Positions 25,501 to 37,588 of a stretch of 64,000 bases of DNA are shown one piece after another. Within the stretch, counting starts at the first letter, position 1. The number at the start of each line of letters is the position of its first letter. The stretch is from Bugula neritina (lineage: Eukaryota; Animalia; Bryozoa), in NCBI GenBank assembly GCA_964035545.1, contig OZ037765.1, positions 10,178,698-10,242,697 on the forward strand. Reading direction: 5' to 3'. The position numbers were made by a program, and so were the translations under genes. The notes beneath the pieces are model-generated. The model was not told the DNA's origin and ran no database searches. It saw nothing but the letters and a program-made list of their open reading frames with translations.

Positions 25501-27883
25501 TAGACTGAGGACGCGTATTACCTTGACATTGAGAGGGGAGAAAAGAGAAGAGAACGAGGAGTTATCTTCCTCGGGCCATGGATCAGTATCACTGAGTATG
25601 CATGGCCTAAACTTACTAAACTAAACATAGAAATATTGGATCTATCAAAAGATGTACATTTTAGCATAGAAATTCTAAATTTCTAAACCAGGGTAAACTT
25701 TTGATAGTAAGTTTTATAGCCATTAAATAAGTCACTATTGAACATGGTAATATTTTATATAAATCAATTCATTGGCAGATATGAAGACATATTCATCAGT
25801 CACATGCAAGTGAAAGATGTATTGTTACTACATTTTACTATCAACTAGCAAGCATCTATTTTCCAAGTCATAATTAGCAGGTTAGAATGCAATAATTAAG
25901 AGTTCAATAATTAAGAATGCATTAATATATTCATATTACTTGAGAACTTTTATTGGATATTTTGTATTTTTAACTCAAAACGTTACCATAAATATGCAAA
26001 TATAAAGTTAGCAAAGTTCTTTTTTAAAAGATAATTCACTATACATAACACACTCGTATGGCTTTACTAGGCTATAGAGAAATAACAGGTATGTCTTACA
26101 GTTGAGTAGGGAACTTGATATCTCTACCAAGTAATTCCGCTTAACCACAATAAACTATAAAATAACCCTCAAGCATGGAGAACTAACGTTACAACTATTG
26201 TTTCACACCAGCCCAATTAACTATAGAACTAACAAATATGGTTTTCATTTAAACTGTAACACGTAAAACACTTACTGGTGGATTATTAGTGTTTTTCCCT
26301 GCCTCTTTCTCAGCTTTCATGCTCAGCATCATTTCCAGCACACTTTCTAAAATACAACATACAGACACTTGACACCTTGTGTCAGTGTAGCTACCAACTT
26401 CTTGCTAAAAAGCTTACAGTTGGTTTCAAAATCAATTCACCTGACATCAGTGTTGATTCTGAAATGTCATAAAAATAATTATAAAAATAGAGTTCATTGA
26501 CTCATGGCATGATAGAACAAAGTGCATAATATTTTATTAAAAATGCTGTGGGTTGCTATAACTGACCTGTATGGTAAGTCAAGCATTTAACTATATTAAA
26601 ATTATGTAGAGCAATCAGGGATTGAATATTCATCTTGTAAAAATTTGTAATGAAAAAAGTAATATCTCAAAATATGGCCAAAAATGAGCCTGTTTGCAGT
26701 TTTTTTTACCACTTTGCAAAGACTGGGACAAACAAAATCAAGCGAAGCAAAAAATTCTCAACAATTTAGTTACCAATCTTGGATTAATTAACTTGAGTAT
26801 GAGCAGGGCATAGCAAACAATGCACTACAACTAAATGTTTACACCACTGTTTATGTAAAGTTAAAAGGAAAAATAAAGCTGTTTACATAACATATAAAAA
26901 TAACAAGACTCTACTAAACAAAACTAGTCTAAGGAGTGTTCAAAAAGAATAATACAAAGGGCGAATTCTTGCTATTGTGAGCCGAATGTAATATTACACA
27001 ACATAAGCATATTATAGACTACTGCAAGTTATATACACTGCACATACCTTCAGCGGCTTTCTCTCTTGAAATAGCTGATTGGCCAGCAGCAACTGTTCCG
27101 TAAGATGGAGGGGAGCTTTCTGTTGCAGCTGAAGTTTGAGGCCGCTGACTGGAAGAACTTGCGGCAGCATATCCAGATGCTGCTTGGTTGTCACGTGGAG
27201 ACTTACCAACCAGAGCAGCGGTGCCACTCAATCGGGGAGTTGTTTTACCTTTTGATCCAGATGCTTCTAGCAATAAGATATTTCCTTATGACTTTACAAG
27301 CGCAATAACACATTCTATTAGAAAAGAGCGTCATAACTCATAACTATACACTTGAAAACACTAACCATATATATTAGTTGTATATATCATGCAGCTGTAA
27401 TGCACCACTCAAATATATTATGCAGCAACAACATTCTACTCATTTAAAAATTAATTATTAGAAATATATTCATCATAGATCATGCAGTAGTAATATATTA
27501 CTCACATATATTATGCAGTAGTAATGTATTACTCACATATATTATGCAGTAGTAATGTATTACTCACATATATTATGCAGTAGTAATATATTACTCATGC
27601 ATATTATGCAGTAGTAATATATTACTCACATATATTATGCAGTAGCAATATATTACTCACATATATTATGCAGTAGCAATATATTACTCACATATATTAT
27701 GCAGTAGTAATATCTACTAATTCAAACAGATACTCTCTAGCCAACAGTAATTTTATTACCTCCAGCCTGCGAGCTTGTCTCTGCTGAAGCACCTCGGTCT
27801 TCTTGTTGACTCGCATCTCCACGATCCTTCTTTTTAGATTTTTTACCAATTGACTTTAGAGCTTTAAAACCTTTCTTAAACAT
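1507..27883 (-). CDS. Large multi-exon coiled-coil protein (~1,700 aa, ~40 exons) with a basic N-terminus, an acidic/Ser-Ala-rich disordered region and a long heptad region; family uncertain (loosely ANKRD26/CCDC144-like layout, no ankyrin repeats seen)
   Basis: ATG at 27883 gives MFKKGFKALKSIGKKSKKKDRG. Phase-consistent exons include 27760-27883, 27048-27266, 26276-26346, ~24210-24281, ~23638-23688, ~23331-23414, 22792-22872, 22164-22220, 20361-21161, 20052-20134, 19646-19700, 19296-19354, 18179-18254, 17784-17855, ~17358-17483, ~16800-16900, ~16534-16673, ~15684-15772, ~15427-15557, ~14713-14758, ~14394-14467, ~9665-9718, ~9375-9426, 8722-8880, ~8175-8250, ~7858-7956, ~7563-7739, ~7054-7185, ~6660-6818, ~5744-5832, ~5528-5637, ~5089-5212, ~4614-4724, ~4073-4222, ~3578-3801, ~2972-3077, ~2631-2758, ~2346-2516, ~2031-2260 and 1507-1621 (ends ..RRNASRPTRRV*). 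Exons are E/K/L/Q-rich heptads; several match ORF-track entries. Exon coordinates marked ~ are approximate. Confidence 0.85.
7408..7510 (-). mobile_element. 5'-truncated SINE copy
   Basis: CCCTGTGAGAACCCCTGATAG..GCTAAAGACTTAG..GGCACAGGAGCAACTATGA..CTTCCTAAC matches the 59892 copy. Confidence 0.7.
8896..9230. repeat. 33-bp minisatellite, ~10 copies (GAGCACCTGTTGACACATGTACCAGTATCACAA)
   Basis: Direct tandem units; accounts for the 11-aa periodic ORFs in several frames on both strands. Confidence 0.95.
10869..12884 (+). CDS. Nested antisense 3-exon gene, 345-aa protein of unknown function
   Basis: Exons 10869-11273 (GAG|gtcagc), 11857-11973 (ttacAG|ATG..GGA|gtgagt) and 12369-12884 (tttttAG|GAC ATG..TAA) are all phase 0 and join into one open frame. 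The gene lies inside the ~9719-14393 intron of the minus-strand gene. Confidence 0.7.
11405..11596. mobile_element. Small TIR element in intron 1 of the nested gene
   Basis: Left end AGGTATGGCCACATGAAGGGG versus reverse complement of right end AGGTGCTGCCACATAGAGCGGG; GC-richer than its flanks. Single copy in this window. Confidence 0.45.
13194..13437 (-). CDS. Alternative (probably terminal) exon of the coiled-coil gene
   Basis: Acceptor ctgtttAG at 13438-13445 is in phase 2, matching the phase-2 donor of exon ~14394-14467. It reads GVMFDDELESRSREIQLRRECAERELQEARERLRLRH..RLRFLNCCVVLFN*. The main path to exon ~9665-9718 is also phase 2, so this exon is optional. Confidence 0.6.
17569..17741. 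repeat. 10-bp minisatellite (ACAGTGCTAT/GTAGTGCTAT), ~17 copies
   Basis: Visible tandem 10-mers in an intron. Confidence 0.9.
21828..22014 (+). mobile_element. tRNA-derived SINE, near full-length copy
   Basis: Head has A-box-like TGGTGTGGTAGC and B-box-like GGTTCAATCTC; body GGTGATGTTAGGAGGAAC; tail CATCAGGGGTTCTCATAGGGATAG. Four related copies occur elsewhere in the window. Confidence 0.75.
27481..27711. repeat. 31-bp minisatellite (CTCACATATATTATGCAGTAGTAATATATTA), ~7.5 copies
   Basis: Units start at 27501, 27532 and so on; degenerate copies extend back to ~27385. Confidence 0.92.
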
Positions 27884-30800
27884 TTTACATGTTAGGCTTC
27901 GTCTGAGTTCAATGTCTGAAGCGAGAGAATTAAAAGTTTTAAAGTCATACTATGTACATATATTTTAGTATAAAATATGCTGCAAAATCAGTGATTCCTC
28001 TTTTTATTACCAGATATATTGATATATATTGGAACTCTAGATGTAATATATTGGAACTCTAAAGATGGTAACAGTGGCTACCAAAGTATAACTAAATATG
28101 CTTTTTATTGAATTTAAAAAAGCTCTTTAGCATAATTTTAACATTGCTTCTGGTAAATATTTTTATTCCTACACCTGTTGACTATGTTAACACTTGTAGA
28201 CAGCTGTAGCATGGAACTTTCAATCTGCTAATTAAAACCAAAAATTAGCAAATTGAACCGCAACTTTAGACAAATGCTAAGCAGCCCAAGTTGTAAAACA
28301 TCCATTTTATGGGACATTAAACAATAGATCAACAAAGGCTGGTTTAAACATAGAAACTTGCAAGAACCTATTATTTTGTTTTAGCAAAACATTCCATGAA
28401 CTAATGACACTTTGACAATGATTTTCTCTAATAAAAAAAGATCAAAATCAGGACAAGGTAGGTATTTATTCAAAGTTAAACTGATAACTTGACATAATTG
28501 TTGGTATTGAATAGAAATTAAATTTGTGATTGTCTCTTTTTGTGCCTGAAGTCAGTGATCATAGCAATACAAAAAAGCTGCATAGCCACATGCAACATAC
28601 ATAATAGTAAAATATTCACAGCATAGTAATAGTAGGGTATGTTGTAGGTCTTATCTTAGTATGCAGCAAAACCTTATAATGAAAGTTAATAAGTGCCAAC
28701 AAGGTGTAATAAAAGTATTTCTAAATCCTTACTGGCATTCTTAAAGTTCTTTATATAAGTTTGAAAATTAAATAAACTAAAGACTCAAGTGACTTAAAAC
28801 TAAATAGTAATACTCTTAGCAAAATTTACAGATAAAACTGAAGCAGGGTAAGGCTACTAATTAGTACTACTACTAGGTATAAAAATAATGTTATGATTAT
28901 AACAATTATTATTAATATTTACATTTATTAAATATATCCTATTGTCTCAACTTAAAGTTTACAGATTTACTACTTTGTTTTCATGACAAATCCAAGAGCA
29001 TTAAACTCAGTCTAATCAATAAGCTCAATAACAATATGTTTAACTACTATAATTATTACTATTACTAATTACTACCTTTAGCCTTTTACTTTTTGTATTA
29101 GCCTACTACTGCAAATGCACTCACTAAAACTAAAAGTAAAATAAATACTAATAATAAAAGTTAAATGTTGTTTTATCTATTTTAACTTGAAACTAGTTTG
29201 AGTTGTTAAATCCGTTTAGATCAAACCTTTACGTATATACAACTAATCATTAAACTCAAACTAGTGCTTATTATTTAACTTCATATTATTACAATTTTTG
29301 TTCAATTTAAATACTTATTCCTAATTATTATAGTTATACTTATAAATATTTATATAAGACTAAGTTAAAATTTAAATTTGTTCAAAATTCAAATTGTACT
29401 TCCAGTTTCAGTTTGAGCTTCTAATCTAATGACTGTAGTGAGTAATGAGCCAGTGACAATTTGAATCAACTTTGAAAACTGACATAAGAAAAAAGTATAG
29501 TAACTAAAACTAAAACTTATGTTATAGTGTGAACTGATAAAGTAAAAATTGCAGGCATCTAATAAAACTACAAAAATTCAGACTCTCACTCAGAATTAAA
29601 TTATTCGCCCAGGATGGCAACGGAACGCTTGGTTTCCAAAGTGTATAAATTGCCTCTTTGTTTAGATTTTAGGAAAACAAGCTAATCTGCGATAGCACGG
29701 CGCTATTTTAATAAAGGGAGGACAACTCGACCTAAATTATAACCACTGTAGCAAGCCAGTCTATATTGATATAATACAGAAATATTTCCCCTGAGCCGAT
29801 TATAGTATATATTATGTACTTTGTGATTAATAATTATAGACAGCTGGTAAATAACTATAAGATAAAATTTTAAACATGGTAAATGTAGTAGGACTAAGTT
29901 TAGCCAATTTTATTCCCATGTTCTGTGAAAAAAATTACGGCTTAAATAGCTAGGCAATGAATATAAATTTCCTAATTCAAAGTTTGTAAATTGATAAGAT
30001 ATTGTTCTAGCCTAAGTAAAATTCCCTTCGACTAAAGACTGCGTATGTGCAGAAGAATAATTGTTTAGGAACCAAGACTTAGCAAAATATTCGATTTTTG
30101 TAAGGCATCTTAGAAACTTATTCAAGGCATTATAAAGTTTAAAGCACAATACAGAACGATATGTAATATATTTTCAATATATGTGTTTACAGATGCAAAG
30201 TTAAAGTTCAAGCTAAAGACTAGTATTAAAACTATTATAGAGACCTATTTTATGGCCTAAGGATCACCACCCAATAGATTTACCACCATAAAAGTTCACC
30301 TAACTGTATTTCTGCATTTTAAAAACCTTTCAAGTCAAAGATTATTATGTTTAGTTATGTTTTATATGACAGCACTGCTGTGTGGCTAAAAATAATAAAC
30401 AATCTTTATATGATTGCGAAAAAGAAAAACCCGGCAACCAACTAAAATATGTTTTATAAAAATGTAGTAGCCGAAATATTATGCTTTTTAAATGTTATAT
30501 TCCTTTTACTAATATACATTAACTGTGGTAATTAAAATAAGCAAGTTTAATTCAATTTGAGTCTTCTCAACCTCTCTTATTTACCAGCAAATTATTTTAG
30601 ATGCCCTACAATACTTGCCATTGAAATATGCTCTTGCCAATTTTTCTTGCTGCAAATAAAAAATAACAGAGGAAAATATAAATAAAATTACAATGTCAAA
30701 TAATAAGGCTATATAAACTTTCTATATTATATATGTTTCTATTACTTTAGGATATGGTCAAGATCTTATGCATTTAACAAACTGGCACAAACCTTGTTTA

Positions 30801-32529
30801 GAATAAGTTGGTAGAATAAAATAAAAAAATATTTTTCCTAAGAATATTTGGGCTAGGCCTGGCTAGCCTATTTATTCAGTACATATATGAATTAAAGCGC
30901 AGTGACTAGTCACAGCTGCATGTTTTAGTAGCAACTTTTAATATTGCTACTTAGAGGCTATAGCAAAGCTGTAAAGGAAACTTGAGACATTTTTCATTCT
31001 GTCACATTTTTAGTACCACATGTTAAATATATGATTAGTAAATGGTAAGGTTAGGAATTGGATGACTTCATAATATACTAGTTTTTTTAATACTAGTTTT
31101 TTATTTATATATAATAAATATAGAATTTACATAAAATTTATTCAAACATATATTTTATATGTATGCATGCTAGCACAAAATAAAATTATATATTCTACTT
31201 TGTGTATTTACTGCATGTTAAAATAAATTAAAATTAAAAGTTCTTGTTAATTTAAGTTTGTAATTTGAAACTTTTACAACGGCTGCTACATTAATTATTA
31301 ATTTGTTAATTGATTTACACTCCCAACAAAAAACAAATTAAACACATTTTTACATATTCTTACACTAAAAACTACTATATTCACTTAAAATTAAAGATCA
31401 CATTTATTTTTAAAAGTAATAAAAATGCAATTAACATGACACCTATTATAATTGATAGCCCTAAAAACTTTTAAGATTATCAGCAATGACGTGGCCCGAA
31501 TATACATACTCTATATTATAAGCAATAATTCTAGGCACTCCTAAAATTTAGATAAATAATAGAAAGTTTTAAATTTTAATCATACTAAGTTATCGGAAGA
31601 AGTTAAATTAGTTAACTAATAATAGGCCAGTAAGTGCTATTTTAGAGCGCCATTAGTAGTTGACGTAATGCTGTCAAATGTGATAGCAATTAACAAGACT
31701 GATATATCACTCCCACCACTTTATAATTATAAACCTTGAAATGATACAGAATGTTTGCACTTAGGTTACTATCTCTGTTTGCCCATTAACTCATACACCT
31801 CCTCTATTTTTGCACGTAGACTAAAAAATTTTATACTGATTTTATTTCACAGTTTAGATTCTCTGAAAACAAGCTTATTTTAAAAGACTTTTAGGTGATG
31901 CTTTCGTCATTATACTTAGTGTCAGCTACAGCAGCAGCTCATGTATATAGTTTTCACCTTTGGCTATTTTATTGAATTGGCAAACACACACATACTTTAC
32001 TTAGCCAGCATCCAAACCTCTAGGCTCATTGTATTTTTGAGCCTGTTCTGAATTTAGTAATGGGATATTTATGTTCTTGTGAAATACTTGGAATTGTTAT
32101 GCTAGCTTGACTACAACTGAAATAATATGTTTATAAACTATTCTTACCAATAGCTGACTACTAATATTGCATTATATTTAGTTTATTATTTATAATTTAT
32201 TTTTACTGTCACTATAATAATGACGTTGTAGGGATATGCATGTATGTGTTGGCTTATTTTATGAATTCCAACTCATTCATTTATTTTCTATTTTATAAGT
32301 CAGATGCAGCTGGTATTAGAATTTATTTATATAGGAAACAAACTGTACGATGCAACTTTATATCAAACAATTTTAATGTGTGGATTTTACTTATATATGC
32401 TATAAATTAGAGTTTATTTTTTACATGTAAAAACAAGTTTGAAATCATAAAAATAGATGATTATTTTTATAAATTAATGTCAAAAAAATTTATTATGCCC
32501 ATTATCAGTAGTGATGATAAAACGTGTTG

Positions 32530-32796
<267 letters not shown>

Positions 32797-33988
32797 TTTA
32801 GCATACAATTATAAATTTTGTGCTAAAGTTTTGCTATATCCACTTTAAAACACAACTAGTAAAAAATAACTTTGGTTGGTTTGTGTAATAAAGTAAACAA
32901 CTCCTAGTGAGAATACAGCCGTCTATTTGACCAAGCATTTGGTTTTATGAAAGTTAGTATTAATAACCTTAAGGTAGCCTAAATTATTTATCAAAACAAA
33001 TTTTAGAGGTCATCCATATTTTTACAATATTGTGTTCTAGTAATGGTGATAGTAGCTATCATCAAATAAAATATCGCTATGATAAAATAATGAAAGTTGT
33101 AGCTCTATTCATTTATTATCACCATTATCTGCAAATCTGCATGTTTACATTTATCTATTTACACAGTATACACAAGCTATGGACCTGAATAATATTTATG
33201 CAGATAAATTCTTGATTTCCGTTACAAGGTACAAGAAAGCGTGACAGTTGTCTGTTCCCACAGCCTATTTACTAAGTGAAAGCTAACCCACGTGTCTTAC
33301 CAGTTCGTATTACCATTTTATTTGACTTAAGAATGATTCACCATCGTTTTGTTGACATAAATATTGTCATCATCCGGAAGTCCTTAGCATGCCACAGATT
33401 GCCTATCCGTAAAGTTCGCATAATTTTACAACTAATGTTGTAAGAAACACGATGGGTCTATTAAGGATAGATTTTTTTTTTATAAACAAGCTTGCACGAG
33501 TAATAATTTATATACTAATTTAAAGTTAGAGTTTATAATTAAAGCCTGACTTCCCATGATAGAGTTATTCAAGTGAGAAATTAGGCTCATTTTACAGCTA
33601 ATTCATTTATATATTTGTGCAACATGAATATTTAAAAATTAGACCCAATGAATCACTTGTGAATAGCTCTGTATAACTCTTAAACCTAAAGCATTGACTA
33701 CGCCTGTAGATTAATTTTTTTGACTAGCTTAGTTTGTAAATAAAGCTTTTTTACACTATTTTATAAAAAAGTCCATAGTGTTAAACAAAATAAAATGAAA
33801 TTAATACTTTCTTCTCAATATATCGCATAATGACATAAATTCTTATTAGTACTACAACATTTATATTTTTTTGAATAATCATATCCATAGTAAGCATAAG
33901 ATAAATATTAATATTTCAAGTGCACTGATTGCACAACCTCTGCTGAAAAGGATCTGTACTTATCTGCACATCCTTCAAAGAGTCACTT

Positions 33989-34128
33989 AGGTGCTGGTAG
34001 TGGAGAAATTGAGCTAGCCTAAGTTCTCTAATTTTGGCTTAGTTGAAATTTTCTCGAGAACATGCCTTTTTTACAACATTTCTAATCTAGAACACAGGCT
34101 TTTCTCAATTTCTCCAGTACTGCACTTA
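33989..34128. mobile_element. MITE family A copy (~140-160 bp, ~25-bp TIRs, TA flanks; Tc1/mariner-type)
   Basis: taGGTGCTGGTAGTGGAGAAATTGAG..CTCAATTTCTCCAGTACTGCACTta, with the shared internal block TTTCTAATCTAGAACACAGGCTTTTCTC. Confidence 0.75.
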
Positions 34129-34973
34129 CCTTCAGAGGTTTGCATATCTTGCTACATAGAGGGCAGGAAATTAGCTCTGCTTTGACTATAGAAAATTGAA
34201 AAATTACATTTAATATTTTAACTAGATTCTAAAAGAAAAACTATAATATGATATATACATTATTCAGGTTTTAACACAGCCGTTGTTTTTATTCAAGAGC
34301 CTTTCAAATATTGAAAATAATCATCGTTCTACCAAATTTCAATCTATAGTTATCATTACAGACAGCACGTGGAAATGCACCACCTTTTGTCCAGCTAGTC
34401 CTTTTACAATAAATAATTATTATAAGAACTTCATTAAAGTATTTAATAAAAAGAGAAATGTTTATCTCATAACAGAAATTTGAGTAAAATCTCATATACA
34501 GTAAAACTTTCAAATGGAAAAAAAGGGCTGCTACACTTGTTAATATTTCTTATAATTATTGATAACATGGAATATGCAGGTGCATCTAGGCTTGTTTTGA
34601 AGCTATGCAAGATACTTGTAACATATAATAAGATAGTAAAAAAGATAACCTATCACTATTTTCACCAAAACAATAGGATAATGCATTGATAATTTACTTG
34701 GAAAGTAGCCTATACTATTTTACAGATAACTTGAGCATAAATTGTAAAACCAGAATCTGTTGAGAAATGCTAAACTAAATAAATTTTTCCATCTTTGATT
34801 CTGTGCCATGTGACCCATTTGTTAGTGACAAAGCAAAAGTACTCTTTACATTCTTTGCAATCACTAAAAATTAAAAAAACCCATTTCTCCTTTTAAGTTA
34901 AATACTTTAACAAAAGGACTGCAGCTATCTGCTTGTTGCAGTATATATATAAAAAACTCACGCAGGTTTATAG

Positions 34974-35137
34974 TCACTATTTCTGTGAGAACCCCTGATG
35001 GAAAAGCTTTTTTAAATCGTGCTAAGGACTTATTCAGATGGGGCACAGGAGCAATTATGACTGCATGGAAGCTTTTCCTAACATCATCCTCAGTGTCCGA
35101 ACTGAATAGCTGACCTCAGGGTAACTACACTACTGCT
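34974..35137 (-). mobile_element. SINE copy about 200 bp upstream of the prohormone TATA box
   Basis: CTGTGAGAACCCCTGATGG..GCTAAGGACTTA..GGCACAGGAGCAATTATGA..TTCCTAACATCA. Confidence 0.7.
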
Positions 35138-35330
35138 GATTTCTATTGCAATCCATATATATTACTGTCAAATATTCTCAATAAAATAAAATCTATTATA
35201 AAAGACCTACAGCAAGTTGCTTTTTTACAATACCTACGTTGTAGTAACATTGTCTCAATATAGATGTGTATTATTATACTTACTAGCTGATAAGCAATGT
35301 TTGTACCTATCAATTGCCTATAATCTCACG

Positions 35331-35367
35331 TATATAAAGAGCTCAAGCTATGTAAAAGGTGTCATTT
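35331..35367 (+). promoter_or_regulatory. TATA box plus initiator of the prohormone gene
   Basis: TATATAAA at 35331-35338 and TCATTT (Inr consensus TCAKTY) at 35362-35367, about 30 nt apart. A short first exon then ends in ATG|gtaag at 35415/35416. Confidence 0.7.
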
Positions 35368-35412
35368 CTATTTATCTTGTCATTGGTTAAACAAGCTGCT
35401 TCTCTCTACACA

Positions 35413-37068
35413 ATGGTAAGGATATGGAACTTGTTTGTGATTACTAAGACTTTGCCTATTCTTATAACTTATTTTATTATTGCATGTTAATAAGCTTTGA
35501 CGATATCACATTAAAATATTTTTTAATGACAACAAATTTTAGCTACAATTTTTTCATAAAAAAGTTAATAATCAAAATTTTCATAAGATTTCATTCTGTA
35601 CACAGTGGCATTATGTTCTTAGATAGCTGTTAGCAAGAGTATTTTAATATGTTTATAAAACTTTTTAAAATGCTCTACATAATTGGTTAGTTATAATATC
35701 TAAGTGTATATACAATAACAAATGAAAAGGTGTTGGTTAATAACCAACAAGTTATTAGGAGCAGCTGTGATTAGAGCACTGGTCATTGGTAATGTCAGAA
35801 AAAGCATCCGAACGCAATTGCTCTTGTGTTCCAAACTCATAGTCCTTAGCCTGTTTATAAACTCTTACCATAAAGGTTTTTCACAGAAATTGAGACTTTT
35901 GGCAAAAGCATGAGTTGTGAATGTTATTATCAGTTCTCAAAAATGATACCATTGGGACTGCTATATCTGTTGACAGCAGCACAGCTGCTACTTGTTTGAA
36001 CTTCATTTGATTCCTTAAGTTAAACTGCATGACATCTATAGCTATAAAATATAATTATTAAATTAAGTTTTCTTTAAAGTTATACAATAATATTGTTGGG
36101 GAAGTGCTAATCACAAGTGGCAAAAATTAGTGGTGTCTGAAACGTCTCAATTTTAAATTGCTTGAAGAAACACTATACCTACTTCTTTATTTCAAAGAAA
36201 ACTTATTCAATTTTATGCTGTAAAGCATTACTGTTAATTTTCTTTAAATTTATGTGACCTTAAATATCAAAATAACATAGTCAATAGAGTTTCTATTTTA
36301 AAGCTGAACAGCTTTAAACTTATATGGATCATGGTTATGTAGATAAATATAGGATAGTCATAAGTGATAATGTATGGAGGGCTAACAAAATATATAACCA
36401 AATAATTTTCATGTTTTTTCAATTATTGAATTGAATCACAAATCATTTAGATCCTTCACAGCTGCAGATGAACAATTTAAATAATATACTTACTTTTTTA
36501 TTTCAAAGAAAACTTATTAAATTTTATGCTGTAAAGCATAACTGTTAATCAGTTTACACATTTTAAAGCTATTTTTGTGAGAGTTTATTAAAGCAAAAGA
36601 GTACATGGCAATTCATTTTACTAAACTAACAGAAGTTGTTCTAACCATTCCATTCATATTGCACTTAGATCGAAATTTATCATTTATTTTCTACTGAAAG
36701 TTTTATATCAAAGGACAAAATTCATTCTGCTTTTAATGCTGCATCTTATATTTTAGGTGAGATCAAACTTTGCAACAGTCATTCTCCTGGCCTATCTGAT
36801 CATTGGTGTCTGCTGCATGACTCTAAACACAAATCCAGGAGCAGGCAACAGACTTGAGTCAAACAGCAAGTTCAAGCCTTCATTTTCACTGCTACTCAAC
36901 AAACTCCAACCAGCGAAAGCTGGCATACGCAAGCAGATCTGGAATCGCCGACAAAAAAGAGGCAATAGCTTGGCCAAACTGTTTGATATATACAAGAGCG
37001 CTTCAAGCTACAGTAAGAGTTCAACGAGCCGAAAGTCAGGACTCAGGTTCATGAGTGATGGAAAATAA
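35413..37068 (+). CDS. Secreted neuropeptide/peptide hormone precursor (104 aa); predicted mature amidated 33-mer GNSLAKLFDIYKSASSYSKSSTSRKSGLRFMSD-NH2
   Basis: Exon 1 contributes only ATG (35413-35415, donor gtaag); exon 2 is 36757-37068 after ttttAG. The protein has a hydrophobic signal peptide (MVRSNFATVILLAYLIIGVCC), a convertase site RRQKR and a C-terminal G-K-stop amidation signal. Confidence 0.8.
35758..35890 (+). mobile_element. Degenerate SINE copy (prohormone intron)
   Basis: ATTGGTAATGTCAGAAAAAGCATCC..AATTGCTCTTGTG..AGTCCTTAGC..AAGGTTTTTCACAG aligns to the family in forward orientation. Confidence 0.55.
36172..36549. repeat. Dispersed ~65-bp direct duplication (36172-36238 and 36483-36549)
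   Basis: Both copies contain TTTATTTCAAAGAAAACTTATT.AATTTTATGCTGTAAAGCAT.ACTGTTAAT. Confidence 0.8.
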
Positions 37069-37588
37069 GAAGACAATGACTTTTTGATCAATCAAGTGTT
37101 TTAATCAGGTTGCAAAAGAACACTAAATTTCACAATATTTATTATAATCTTCATGAAATAATCCCTGGAGTCAGAAATAACAAAATTGTAAGATATTATT
37201 TATGTTTGTACAATAGCATTTTTTGGTAAAATCAATATATTAATTATGCAAGAAAATTATTCTTACTTTTCTTCTATTTGATGGAATAGACAAATTGTAA
37301 ATATGTCACGTGTCAATCTATAAGTATGTAAAAATAACTATACATTTTGTAAAATATATTAAAAATTCATAATGCCAATTTTCAAATGATATTAAAAATA
37401 TAATATATTATTATTCCACTATTTCTTACGGCCCCAACAAAATCTATTAAAATGTTTGCCACATTTACATAAAAAAAATATTTGCATAAATTTTATTGCA
37501 TTAAGTTGTCATCTGACGCTTGCTCTTAAACCTGCTAATATTGGCATAGTCTAGATAAAACCCAAATCTTTTTAATTGCCACATTCTA

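Noticed and set aside
1507-27883. Naming the coiled-coil gene ANKRD26
   Set aside because: The layout is only loosely similar, and no ankyrin-repeat exons or diagnostic motifs were found, so no symbol was given.
36792-37054. Alternative ORFs overlapping the prohormone exon
   Set aside because: They lack a signal peptide, processing sites and splice support; shadow ORFs.
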